From Polyangiaceae bacterium (GTDB lineage: Bacteria > Myxococcota_A > Polyangia > Polyangiales > Polyangiaceae), in the NCBI GenBank assembly GCA_044376115.1, contig JBILLK010000005.1:224001-288000 (forward strand): 64,000 bases of DNA, read 5' to 3'. Below, one piece after another: positions 55,164-64,000 of this stretch (position 1 is the stretch's first letter; each line of letters starts with the position of its first letter). The notes below the pieces were generated by a model, which worked only from the letters and a program-made list of their open reading frames with translations, did no database searches and was not told the origin of the DNA. Position numbers and translations under genes: made by a program.

Positions 55164-57488
55164 TCAGCCCTCAGCCATCGACTCGTACAGCTGAGCTTCG
55201 TCCTCGCGGCCCTCAGCGCGCGTCTTTTCTGCGAGTCGCAGCAAAACAAGCCGACGCGCTTGGTGTAGCTCCGGCACCTGATCTTCATCGGCGTCTTCGA
55301 CTCGCGCCGAAAGCAGTGCCAATAGCTCGAGATCGCGACCGAGCAGCTCGAGCAGCTCGCCAAGCTCTTCGGCCGTGGCTTGATCCCGTGGGTCGGCGCG
55401 CAGCCTTTGCGAAAGCACCTCGACGCGCTCCTCGGCCAACGCTGGATCCAACGGTGGCTGCTGCGCCGCTTGCTGCTCATCAACGATCTCGGGCTGCGCG
55501 AGATCAACGAGCTCGGGCTCGGCGACGGAGGGTGGGAGCGGGGCTTGGGCAACCTGTACCACGCGTGGTTGTGGTTGCTCCATTGCTGGCTCGGCTTGGG
55601 CGCTGCGCAGAGACGCCAATCGTCGGCTGGCCTCGCGGTGGGACGGCGAAAGTCGCAACAGGAGATAGAGCGTTCGGGAGGCGGCTCGACCGTCGCCCAG
55701 CACCTCCTGCTCGAAGTGGCTGGCCGCCAGCAAGACCTCGCATAGTGAAAGCGTGGCCTGCGTCGGCGGCTGATGGGCGCCTGTAGGCTCTGGCACGTTC
55801 ATCTCGGCGAGCGCACGCAATCGACCCAGCGCGCGCGCGGCGCCTGCGGTGTCCCCGAGCTCGTGCCGCCAACGGGCCTCGGAAAGACGCGCCTTGCCCG
55901 CGCATTCGCGCTCGTTCGAGATGTTCGCTACGCGTGCGATCGCGTTCGGTCGATCTTGCGCATAAGCGACGAGCGCCTCTGCAAGCTCGAGCTCCACCTC
56001 CGAGAGGTCCTGACCGAGTTCGGTCGCCAGCGAAATTGCGCGACTGAAGAGATCGAGGCTGCGGGCGAGTTTGCCGCGTTCGCGGAGCGCTCGCGCGAGC
56101 CCGGCGACAGCGACAGGATCGCGCGGTTCAAAGCGGATCGCGCGCTCAAAGAGCTTTTCAGCCTGATCGATGAAGCCGCGTTCGGCGAATAGCTCTCCAG
56201 CCTCCCGCGCGACTCTGCAGCGCTCTTCGCGAGTGCGCGCGTTGGCCTCCAAATGCTCGAAGTCCGCGCGTGCCCCGCGGTCATCGCCGATGAGCAGCCG
56301 TTCACGGAGGCGCTGCCAGCGGGCCTGCGCGAGCATCGGCCAGCGCAAGACGGCCTCGTCGAGCGCCGCCGCGCGACTCTTGCGATCGATCGCCACCTGC
56401 GCTGCCTGAAACCACGCGAGCGCTGCCAGCCCAGCTGACGGCTCTTCAGCGCCTGCTCTCGCGAACGCAGCATAGGCCGCTTGGTCCTCGCCGCTGCGCA
56501 AGAGGGCGACCGCCCCGAGCACGCCAGCGCTGACCAGATTCTCCACCTCGATGATCGAGCCGATGGCCGCTTCTACACGGTCCTCCTGGAGATCGATGTT
56601 GGCGAGCCGTCGGGTCGCGTCGAGGTGTCGCGGCGCTCGCTCGAGCGCGGCGAGGTAGGCTGCGCGACCGAGATCCCGCTGACCTTTGAAGCAAAGATCG
56701 TCCGCCTCTTCGAGCAGTTGAGCCGTCTCGAGTGCACGCACTGCACGGGTCGAGAGCGGGCCTGGCGGATCTTCGCTCGCGATCACCACTCTACCCGAGC
56801 GCGGTGAGACCGAGAAACCCAGGCGTAGGCCTTCTGTCGACGGCACGCGCGCGCCCGCACCGGGGAGCACCTCCAGCATCAGCTGACGCATGGGGTCTTC
56901 CAGCGTGAACAGGCTGCCTTTGCGCATAGCGCTGGCGGGCAAAAGCGCGCTGACCAAGCGGAGCGCACAGGTGTGTGGTGCTTCGCTCAAACCAAGCCCG
57001 CGAGCCTCCTCCACGACGAGCCGCAGCCGGGCTCCCAAGGGCGCTACGATCAGGTCGAAGGCCAAAGCACCTTCCGGCCACCGTACCGCCACGAGCAGTC
57101 CGTCGAGGCGCGCGGCCAAGGTGAGCTCTGCAGGCTTCGGCAGCAGTGTTCGCGGCAACATCGGCGTGAGGCGCGCCGCCGTCTCTGGCAGCACGAGCTC
57201 GACTTGGGCGCGATGCAAGAGCCCGCGCATGTGGCGGAACTTCCGCACTCCGCCGCTCAGATCGACGGGAAAGCGCAGGTCCGGGAGCGAGAACGCGAGC
57301 TCGCTCAGCTCGAGCCCCGCCGTTACGCGGATGGGCTGAGCGAGCTCTAGCCCGAGCTTTCCGCCGGCCAACTCGAGCCGCAGGCTGGGTTCTTCCTCTC
57401 GCGCGCTTGATTGCGTCGGGCGAGGAAGCACCTCTTGCGCTGGACGAGCGCGCGGCGGGCTCTTTCTCTTTCGCGCGTCGGCAAGCAC
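55164..57488 (-). CDS. Hypothetical protein: beta-rich N-terminal domain plus TPR repeats
   Basis: YLAALERAPRH, AEKLFERAIRFEPRD and similar TPR motifs. Confidence 0.8.
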   Translation of the reverse strand: MLADARKRKSPPRARPAQEVLPRPTQSSAREEEPSLRLELAGGKLGLELAQPIRVTAGLELSELAFSLPDLRFPVDLSGGVRKFRHMRGLLHRAQVELVLPETAARLTPMLPRTLLPKPAELTLAARLDGLLVAVRWPEGALAFDLIVAPLGARLRLVVEEARGLGLSEAPHTCALRLVSALLPASAMRKGSLFTLEDPMRQLMLEVLPGAGARVPSTEGLRLGFSVSPRSGRVVIASEDPPGPLSTRAVRALETAQLLEEADDLCFKGQRDLGRAAYLAALERAPRHLDATRRLANIDLQEDRVEAAIGSIIEVENLVSAGVLGAVALLRSGEDQAAYAAFARAGAEEPSAGLAALAWFQAAQVAIDRKSRAAALDEAVLRWPMLAQARWQRLRERLLIGDDRGARADFEHLEANARTREERCRVAREAGELFAERGFIDQAEKLFERAIRFEPRDPVAVAGLARALRERGKLARSLDLFSRAISLATELGQDLSEVELELAEALVAYAQDRPNAIARVANISNERECAGKARLSEARWRHELGDTAGAARALGRLRALAEMNVPEPTGAHQPPTQATLSLCEVLLAASHFEQEVLGDGRAASRTLYLLLRLSPSHREASRRLASLRSAQAEPAMEQPQPRVVQVAQAPLPPSVAEPELVDLAQPEIVDEQQAAQQPPLDPALAEERVEVLSQRLRADPRDQATAEELGELLELLGRDLELLALLSARVEDADEDQVPELHQARRLVLLRLAEKTRAEGREDEAQLYESMAEG

Positions 57489-57508
57489 GGGGAAAGGATA
57501 TCAGCCGT

Positions 57509-59677
57509 TCAGCGAGGCGGCGAACTTTCAGCGCCGGATAGCTCAAGCAGCCTTCGTGGGTGCTGCCAGGTCCGGATGTCGCGGAGCTGGCCCGAACCAG
57601 CAAACTCGAAGCGCTGAAACACCTGCTTAATCGCTGTGACCTTGCGATCCTTGTTGCCGCCCGAGGCCTTCTCCCACTCGAGCTCGAGGCCGGTGCAGTT
57701 CGCCCAAAAACCCTGCGCCTCATCCTTCGGAATCAGCGCCAAACTGCACTGATCTTGGAAAAGGAAGGTCGAGCTTGAGAGCCACTTCACCGTCTCTTGC
57801 AGCTTTTCCGAGTTCAACGTCTGCCCGAAAAAACCGATCGAGGGGGCGGAGTTCTTTGCGATGCGATCCCCGTGGCCGGCGTTGAACGCCGTCTCGTACA
57901 GGAGGACCGGGTTGGACGCATTGCGCAGCGAGGTGAACTTGCGCAGCTCACCGCTGAGCGAAACAGCGCGACTGCAGCACAGCGTTGCGCGCGCTTCGCG
58001 GACGTCGTCGAGCAACACCGTCTCTCGAGCACTGCACCCCGCTGTTCCACCGCGTTGAACGAAGCCGCCTGATTCGGAGCTGAAGGTCCAGGACTCCGTG
58101 CGCCCAAGCTCCGGGTAGGTCGTGCAAGCCCGCTCAAACTGCGTGTCCGAGCAGAGCGAAAGCCCCTTTTGGCGACATACGGCCGACGCCGCAAGCAAGC
58201 CGAGCCCACTGTCTGCGGCGTCTCGTTGCACCCAAAAGTCGGGCACCCAGATCGACTCGCTGATGCGACCCTCTTTGACGGCTTGCTTTCGGAACGATTC
58301 CGCTTTCACCACGGCTGCAGAGGGCACGGCGACCGCACTCGGAGTGGAGCTTGCGCTGGGCACCGAACTCGGTGTCGCGCTCGGAGCGCTGTTTGAGGCC
58401 GCTACGACGGAATCTGCGAGCGGCGTCGCCGGAGGTGGGGCCTTCCTCGTTACAACGACGCCAACTCCGACCGCAACCAATAGCCCCCCAGCGAGAAGCC
58501 AGGGCGTTCGACTTGAGCGAGGTTCAGCTGCAGCGGCCGGAGGCTGCACCGACGGCTTGGTTGCGAGCTCCACAGCACCGTTGGTCGCCGCAGCCCGTAG
58601 CTCGGCTGGTTGGTCCTGCTGCGGACGCGGGGCCGTATCCACTTGGGTCGGGGCGAACCCGACCTCGCTCTCGGCCTCATTCGCGCGGGTTTGCGCGGCC
58701 GTCGCTTCGGCTGCGAGAAACTGCTCCGTCGTAAGCTCCTGCGAGGTAGCCAGCTCCGGCGCACGCTTGGTTTCTGCGTCCAACGGAATGATCGAGGCTG
58801 GCGTGATTCCGCCAGCGGCCTCCGCAAAAGCGTTTGCAAGCTCATCCGCGCTTGCAAAGCGGCGCGCCGGGTCAACCGCGAGCGCACGCTGGAAGAAGCC
58901 GTCGAGTTCGGCCGGAGTACCGGGCAAAGAGGCGGATGGCGGCGTGACCTCCGCGCGCGTGATCGCTAAGAGCGTCGCAGCAAGCGTTGCACCTGCGAAC
59001 GGGAGCGAGCCTGTGACAGCCTCATAGGCGACCACTCCAAGCGCCCATAGATCAGCGCCAGCATCGGGTGGACCCGCGTGCATCAGTTGCTCGGGACTCA
59101 TGTATTGCGGCGTCCCAATCAGCACGCCGGTCGAGGTTTTGAGGCTCTTTTGTACTTCATCGCCCGCGTTCGTCGTTTTGGCGATGCCAAAGTCGAGCAG
59201 CTTGGCGACCTCGGCGCCGCTCCGCGATCGGGCTAGAAATACGTTGTGCGGCTTGATGTCGCGGTGAACGATGCCCATGGCGTGCGCGGCTTTCAGCCCA
59301 TTGGCCACCTCGCTAATGATGCGCGCCGCGTCTCCAGGAGCGAGCCGACCGAGCCTGGCGATGCGCTCGGCGAGGCTCTCCCCGCGCATGAACTCCATCA
59401 CGATGTAGGGCGAGCCATCGGCTTTGGTCAGCCCGTGGTCGAAGATCCGAACGACGTGATTGCTTTCGATCTTCGCCGCTAGTTTGGCTTCGCGATGGAA
59501 GCGCTCCACGACCAGCTTGTCGCCACCCGAGAGGAGCTCCTTCGATACGAATTTGACCGCGACGTCGACGTCGAGCGAGTGGTGCCTCGCGACCCAAACG
59601 CTGCCCATTCCGCCGCGACCGATCAAACGGACGAGACGGAGGTTGTCGGTTACGTAGTCGCCCTCACGGGGCTCCAT
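57509..59677 (-). CDS. Hanks-type Ser/Thr kinase with TM and Cys-containing FGE-sulfatase-like extracytoplasmic region
   Basis: IGRGGMGSVW, VAVK, HRDIKPHN, DFG, GTPQYMSPEQ; C-terminal AASAVCRQKGLSLCSDTQFERAC...TLCC. Confidence 0.92.
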   Translation of the reverse strand: MEPREGDYVTDNLRLVRLIGRGGMGSVWVARHHSLDVDVAVKFVSKELLSGGDKLVVERFHREAKLAAKIESNHVVRIFDHGLTKADGSPYIVMEFMRGESLAERIARLGRLAPGDAARIISEVANGLKAAHAMGIVHRDIKPHNVFLARSRSGAEVAKLLDFGIAKTTNAGDEVQKSLKTSTGVLIGTPQYMSPEQLMHAGPPDAGADLWALGVVAYEAVTGSLPFAGATLAATLLAITRAEVTPPSASLPGTPAELDGFFQRALAVDPARRFASADELANAFAEAAGGITPASIIPLDAETKRAPELATSQELTTEQFLAAEATAAQTRANEAESEVGFAPTQVDTAPRPQQDQPAELRAAATNGAVELATKPSVQPPAAAAEPRSSRTPWLLAGGLLVAVGVGVVVTRKAPPPATPLADSVVAASNSAPSATPSSVPSASSTPSAVAVPSAAVVKAESFRKQAVKEGRISESIWVPDFWVQRDAADSGLGLLAASAVCRQKGLSLCSDTQFERACTTYPELGRTESWTFSSESGGFVQRGGTAGCSARETVLLDDVREARATLCCSRAVSLSGELRKFTSLRNASNPVLLYETAFNAGHGDRIAKNSAPSIGFFGQTLNSEKLQETVKWLSSSTFLFQDQCSLALIPKDEAQGFWANCTGLELEWEKASGGNKDRKVTAIKQVFQRFEFAGSGQLRDIRTWQHPRRLLELSGAESSPPR

Positions 59678-59841
59678 AGGCGGCCCAGTTTAGGCGCTCT
59701 GCCCACCACTGTCGAAGTTCTGGCGCTGCGCATCGAATCAGACCCAGATTCCGACCGCGTTCCGCTTCGTCAGGGTAGGTTTCGAGTTCCCCGATCAACG
59801 AGCTATGCTCCGCGACCGAGGCCGAGTAAGCACTTGCGGCG

Positions 59842-60990
59842 ATGAATGCGGCCGCGCCTGCTCTGCGCTCCGAACCCGGTGCTACTCGTCCAACAACCGC
59901 TACGCGAGCGGCCTCGCTCGAAGGCGTTGATGCGGAGGCATTTGCAAAAGACCTCTACGCGCTGCGCGCAGAGGTCCTCGCCAGCCTTGGCGAGGAAGAC
60001 CTCGAACACCTGAAGAAGGTGGAGTCATGGGGCCGTCGGGCCCATTGGCTTGGCGTCATGACTGCTTGGGCCGGCCCCAACCCCATTAGCGTGTTGGGCT
60101 TGGCAATCGGGAAGGGCAATCGCTGGCTGCTGATGCACCACGTTGGCCACCGCGGTTATGACCGTGTCCCTAACGTACCCAAGGAAAAGACCGGCGCCTC
60201 CTTCGCACGCAATGGGCGGCGTTTTGCGGACTTCTTCGACTGGATTGAGCCGGAGTCGTGGATCTACGAGCACAACGTGCTGCATCACGCCTTTACCAGC
60301 GAGGAGACAGATCCAGACCTGATCGAGCGCAACGTCGAATGGGTTCAGCGCATGCCGATGGCAGCTCGCTATGTCACCCTGGGGTTGCTCGCGTTGACCT
60401 GGCGCGCGACCTACTACGCACCCGCAACCCTCAAGGTCTTGCTCGAGCGTGAACGCAAGCGGCCTGTTGGTACGGTTGAGCTCTATCGCTCCGTGATTTG
60501 GCAATCGTGGTTACCGTACGCCGGCTGGAACTTCGTCGGATTTCCGATGTTGTTTGCCCCGCTCGGGCCGCTCGCCGTGGCGAGCGCCGCCTCGAACGTC
60601 TTCATCGCTGACGTGCTGACGAACCTACATACCTTCCTCGTGGTGGGACCCAACCACGCCGGGGATGATATGTATCGTTGGGACGACCGTCCCGCCTCTG
60701 GCGCCGACAATCTGGTTCGCCAGGTGGCTTCCTCGGTGAACTATCACACGGGCGGCGACGTAAGGGACGTCGCTCACATGTTCCTCAATTACCAGATTGA
60801 GCATCACTTGTTCCCCGACATCCCGATGCGTCAGTATCAGCGCATTGCTCCGCGCGTGAAGGCGATCTGTGAGAAGCACGGAGTCCCTTACGTGCAGGAG
60901 AGCGTGTGGAAGCGGTTTCGCAAGATGGCGGACGTCTTCGTAGGCAAGACGAAGATGCTCCGGCCCAAGGCCTCGCGAAGCGCTGGTTGA
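59842..60990 (+). CDS. Membrane fatty-acid desaturase
   Basis: His boxes HHVGH, HNVLHH and QIEHH. Confidence 0.9.
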   Translation: MNAAAPALRSEPGATRPTTATRAASLEGVDAEAFAKDLYALRAEVLASLGEEDLEHLKKVESWGRRAHWLGVMTAWAGPNPISVLGLAIGKGNRWLLMHHVGHRGYDRVPNVPKEKTGASFARNGRRFADFFDWIEPESWIYEHNVLHHAFTSEETDPDLIERNVEWVQRMPMAARYVTLGLLALTWRATYYAPATLKVLLERERKRPVGTVELYRSVIWQSWLPYAGWNFVGFPMLFAPLGPLAVASAASNVFIADVLTNLHTFLVVGPNHAGDDMYRWDDRPASGADNLVRQVASSVNYHTGGDVRDVAHMFLNYQIEHHLFPDIPMRQYQRIAPRVKAICEKHGVPYVQESVWKRFRKMADVFVGKTKMLRPKASRSAG

Positions 60991-61089
60991 GCACGGCAGC
61001 TACCGAAGCTCGGCACTCTTGACCATGCTCATCGATGCGTTGGCCTTCGCGGGGCAGCGACGGTGTCACCGTGTTAGAGCATAGACAAT

Positions 61090-61599
61090 ATGAGCCGCAA
61101 CGTTACAGAAGCCACGGGCCCAACCATTGAGCGATTGGGCACCAGGCGTGAGCCGCGCATCGTATTTTCCAGCGACTTCAATGTGTCTGCTGAAGCCTTA
61201 TTCGGCTTTCACGAGCGAAAGGACGCGTTCTCGCTGCTGGTTCCACCTTGGCAGAAGGTGGAGATCGTAACGCCGCCGAGGTCGCTCGAGGTAGGTACCC
61301 GGGTGGTGCTCAAGATGTTCGTAGGGCCGATCTGGAAGACCGTGGAGGCTGAACACATCGCCTATGAGCCCGGCCGAAGCTTCACCGATCGCATGACGCG
61401 CGGGCCGTTCGCTGACTGGGTTCACAAGCACACCGTCACTTCGTTGGGGCCGACCACCTCACGGCTCGTGGACGACATCACCTATCGGTTGCCGCTGGGC
61501 GCTCTGGGGGCGGTTGCGGGTGGTTGGGTCGCCTCGCACGAGATTGAAAGGCTATTTCGGTATCGACACGCAATGACACGTAAGCACTGCGAGGCTTGA
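61090..61599 (+). CDS. SRPBCC/START-fold protein
   Basis: LFGFHE...LVPPW, FTDRMTRGPFADWVHKH, DDITYRLP, LFRYRH. Confidence 0.87.
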   Translation: MSRNVTEATGPTIERLGTRREPRIVFSSDFNVSAEALFGFHERKDAFSLLVPPWQKVEIVTPPRSLEVGTRVVLKMFVGPIWKTVEAEHIAYEPGRSFTDRMTRGPFADWVHKHTVTSLGPTTSRLVDDITYRLPLGALGAVAGGWVASHEIERLFRYRHAMTRKHCEA

Positions 61600-61616
61600 A
61601 GGGAGCGCGCGATTGC

Positions 61617-62111
61617 TCAGAACGGTAGCGGGAGGCCCTTTGTCGTGATCACCAGGAGCTCCTGGCGTGTGAGCTTTCCCTCGGTCGTGAAGGGAACGCT
61701 GAAAGAGATGGATTCGAATCCCACTTCAGCCGTGCCCTCCACCTTGAAGGGAATGGTCTCTTTGGAGGCTGCCAATAGGCCAACCTGAAGCGTGTTCCCC
61801 CATTCCAGGGACATCGGTACGACCAGCTCTGAATGTTTGTTGGCTGGTAGTTTTACCTTTGTATCCACTGTCACTTTGCCGAGATCCACCTTGTCCGCCA
61901 AGGTGACTCTGGCCGTGACAGACCTGGCCGAGAGCGCAACGGAGTTCGGATTGTGGGCGTCGAGTGTTACCTCGAGCTCGAGCCCTTTGGGGGTAACGGC
62001 CTTCACCAGCACCTTCTCGGGTTTCAATACCGGCGGCTCTGGCTTGCTGCACCCGGTGAGCAGCGCCAACGCAGGGATCAGCCAACCCAAGGTGAGTAGC
62101 AAGGCCTTCAT
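61617..62111 (-). CDS. LEA type 2 (WHy domain) lipoprotein
   Basis: Lipobox LTGC; NPN motif (HNPNSVAL). Confidence 0.82.
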   Translation of the reverse strand: MKALLLTLGWLIPALALLTGCSKPEPPVLKPEKVLVKAVTPKGLELEVTLDAHNPNSVALSARSVTARVTLADKVDLGKVTVDTKVKLPANKHSELVVPMSLEWGNTLQVGLLAASKETIPFKVEGTAEVGFESISFSVPFTTEGKLTRQELLVITTKGLPLPF

Positions 62112-62160
62112 TGCGGAGGAGCCTACCGCATCAGTGGGACGCGCGCTCGCCCGGGAGACC

Positions 62161-62197
62161 CGAAAGCGCCGTCCGATTGACCTGCAACCGGACGGCG
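62161..62197 (-). terminator. Probable terminator downstream of fbaA
   Basis: 9-bp perfect stem CGCCGTCCG/CGGACGGCG (62167-62175/62189-62197), weak U tract (CTTT). Confidence 0.5.
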
Positions 62198-62203
62198 AGC
62201 GGA

Positions 62204-63277
62204 TCAGAACTCAAACTTCTCGAACGCTCCCAGATCTTTGCACGCCTGCACGACTCGGGCGGCGAGGCCCTTCTCACCGAGATGAACCCAGTTGCGCGGA
62301 TCGATATACTTCTTGTTGGGTTTGGTCGGCCCCTCTGGGTTGCCTAACTGTGATTGTAGGTAGGCAGACTTTTCATCCATGTATTTCTTGATGGGCTGGA
62401 GGAACGCCCATTGCGTATCCGTGTCGACATTCATCTTCACGACGCCATAAGAGACCGCCTCTGTAATCTCCTCTTGGGAAGAGCCAGATCCCCCATGGAA
62501 CACAAAATTGACTGGATTGGGGCCAGTCTTGCGCGCCTGCTGGATGTGCTCCTGACTGTTCTTGAGGATGACGGGCGTGAGCTTGACGTTGCCAGGTGCG
62601 TAGACCCCGTGGGTATTCCCGAATGAAGCGGCAATCGTGAAAGCGCCGACGCTGGAGAGTGCATCATAGGAAGCCAATACGTCACTCGGTTGGGTGTAGA
62701 GCTTCGCGTTGTCGATCCCAGCGTTGTCGACGCCGTCTTCTTCACCGCCAGTGACGCCAAGCTCAATCTCCAGCGTCATGTCGATGTTCTTCATCCGTTT
62801 CAGATATTGGACGCAGAGCTCCAGATTGTGCGCTAGCGGCTCTTCACTCAGATCCAGCATATGGGAGCTGAACAGCGGGGTCTTGTGCCGCTCATAGTAT
62901 TGCTCCCCGGCGGTCAGCATGCCGTCAACCCAGGGCAGAAGGTTCTTTGCGCAGTGATCGGTGTGCAACACCACAGGCACGCCGTATGCCTCGGCCATCA
63001 GCCTGACGTGATGTGCCCCTGCAACGGCGCCGGATATTGAGGCGAGATGGGCCGAGTTGTCCAAGAACTTACCGGCGTTGAACTGGGCGCCGCCGTGTGA
63101 GTATTGGATGATAACCGGCGACTTGGCTTGCTTTGCAGCCGCCAGAACACCGTTTGCTGAATGGCTGCCAATGACGTTGACGGCCGGAAGTGCGCACTTG
63201 GCGAGCTTGCAATAGGCGAATAGGTCGCTTAGCGCCTTTCCGGTGATGACGCCTGGTTGCAGCTTGAGCTTGTCCAT
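62204..63277 (-). CDS. fbaA: Class II fructose-bisphosphate aldolase
   Basis: LHTDHCAK, FSSHMLDLSEE, LEIELGVTGGEEDG, FGNTHGVY, VFHGGSGS, KMNVDTD; GAGGA RBS. Confidence 0.97.
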   Translation of the reverse strand: MDKLKLQPGVITGKALSDLFAYCKLAKCALPAVNVIGSHSANGVLAAAKQAKSPVIIQYSHGGAQFNAGKFLDNSAHLASISGAVAGAHHVRLMAEAYGVPVVLHTDHCAKNLLPWVDGMLTAGEQYYERHKTPLFSSHMLDLSEEPLAHNLELCVQYLKRMKNIDMTLEIELGVTGGEEDGVDNAGIDNAKLYTQPSDVLASYDALSSVGAFTIAASFGNTHGVYAPGNVKLTPVILKNSQEHIQQARKTGPNPVNFVFHGGSGSSQEEITEAVSYGVVKMNVDTDTQWAFLQPIKKYMDEKSAYLQSQLGNPEGPTKPNKKYIDPRNWVHLGEKGLAARVVQACKDLGAFEKFEF

Positions 63278-63384
63278 TGATTCCTCGGATGGTTAATCGT
63301 TACGTGCGGTGGCACTCTAACCCATCCCAGCAGAATTTTCTGCGAGGAACCGAGGCAGGGAGCCGCGAGCTGCGGCTACCCGAA

Positions 63385-64000
63385 TCATTCACAAATCTCT
63401 ATTGCGATGTTGCAGGTCTGCCCTTTCGGGCAGTCGTCAGGGCTATTGCAAGGAATGAAGCCCGCTACTGACACGTTGGCAGCCAGCGGTGAGCCGACCA
63501 CCAACTCGACGCAGCCGACATCGATCGACGTATTGTCTATTGTGCGGCGCACGATCTTGCCGTTGGGAAAGCCGGAGACGCCCGAATTAATCAGCTGATC
63601 AATCACGCTCGCCGGTACTGCGGCTGCGCCGGTATCCTCGAACTCGCACTGCAACGTGAGCGGCGATGAGCCATGTTGGTCAATGGTAAGTTCAACCAGG
63701 ATGGTGGCCGGTGTTTCGACGGTTGGCGCCGGCCAACTAACCTCCAAGTCTGAGCCTTCCGCTAATACCCAGGTGGGAGCTGTATCGAGCGGCTCAGAGC
63801 CTACGCCATAGAGCGCAAAACCCTCATGACTCTCAGCGCCAGCGGCTGACAGGCTAACGGCGCTACCGGGCGTATACGGAGGATTCTCCGCATCCGGTGC
63901 AAAGTAGCTGTTGCCAGGGTTTTGCGGCTCCATCACCGCGGGTGTCGTTAGCCCAGTAATGGTGACCGTGCCCACACTCACTTGCCTTGGGTAAGCAATG
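63385..64000 (-). CDS. Hypothetical Cys-rich secreted protein (5' end truncated by window edge)
   Basis: Frame open to the right edge (IAYPRQVSVGTV...); C-terminal CNSPDDCPKGQTC motif of the kind seen in myxobacterial exported proteins. Confidence 0.7.
   Translation of the reverse strand, partial: IAYPRQVSVGTVTITGLTTPAVMEPQNPGNSYFAPDAENPPYTPGSAVSLSAAGAESHEGFALYGVGSEPLDTAPTWVLAEGSDLEVSWPAPTVETPATILVELTIDQHGSSPLTLQCEFEDTGAAAVPASVIDQLINSGVSGFPNGKIVRRTIDNTSIDVGCVELVVGSPLAANVSVAGFIPCNSPDDCPKGQTCNIAIEICE

Noticed and set aside
1..64000. tRNA, rRNA, CRISPR array, IS/transposase, integrase or prophage
   Set aside because: None seen; intergenic gaps are short and no ORF shows such motifs.

Overview
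This 64-kb window is gene-dense, GC-rich bacterial chromosome. Its gene content (PilC/PilS, DUF1592/DUF1552 pair, eukaryote-like Ser/Thr kinases, DUF2169 proteins, Cys-rich lipoproteins with Gly-rich linkers) points to Myxococcota, probably Polyangiaceae-like; this taxonomy is an inference. I find about 47 CDSs, two of them truncated by the window ends, and no rRNA, tRNA, CRISPR array, transposase or phage genes. Housekeeping genes (argG, serA, lysC-type aspartate kinase, fbaA, pilC) are interleaved with many uncharacterised loci. The most notable signals are: (1) a translationally coupled four-gene module at 37969-43605 encoding an alpha-helical protein, an HPD-less J-like protein, an 860-aa remodelled Hsp70 and a second alpha-helical protein; (2) a membrane-anchored MutS-type ATPase immediately followed by a stand-alone HATPase_c_4/GHKL-like domain; (3) an ECF sigma factor and Cys-rich/SPOR-like anti-sigma pair divergent from a lipoprotein polysaccharide deacetylase; (4) two DUF2169 proteins with no T6SS spike genes nearby; (5) serA close to a D-2-hydroxyacid FAD oxidoreductase; (6) a recurring TANNNT hexamer 6-9 nt before at least eight start codons, suggesting widespread leaderless or short-leader transcription. 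All family calls come from motif recognition by eye; no database search was run.
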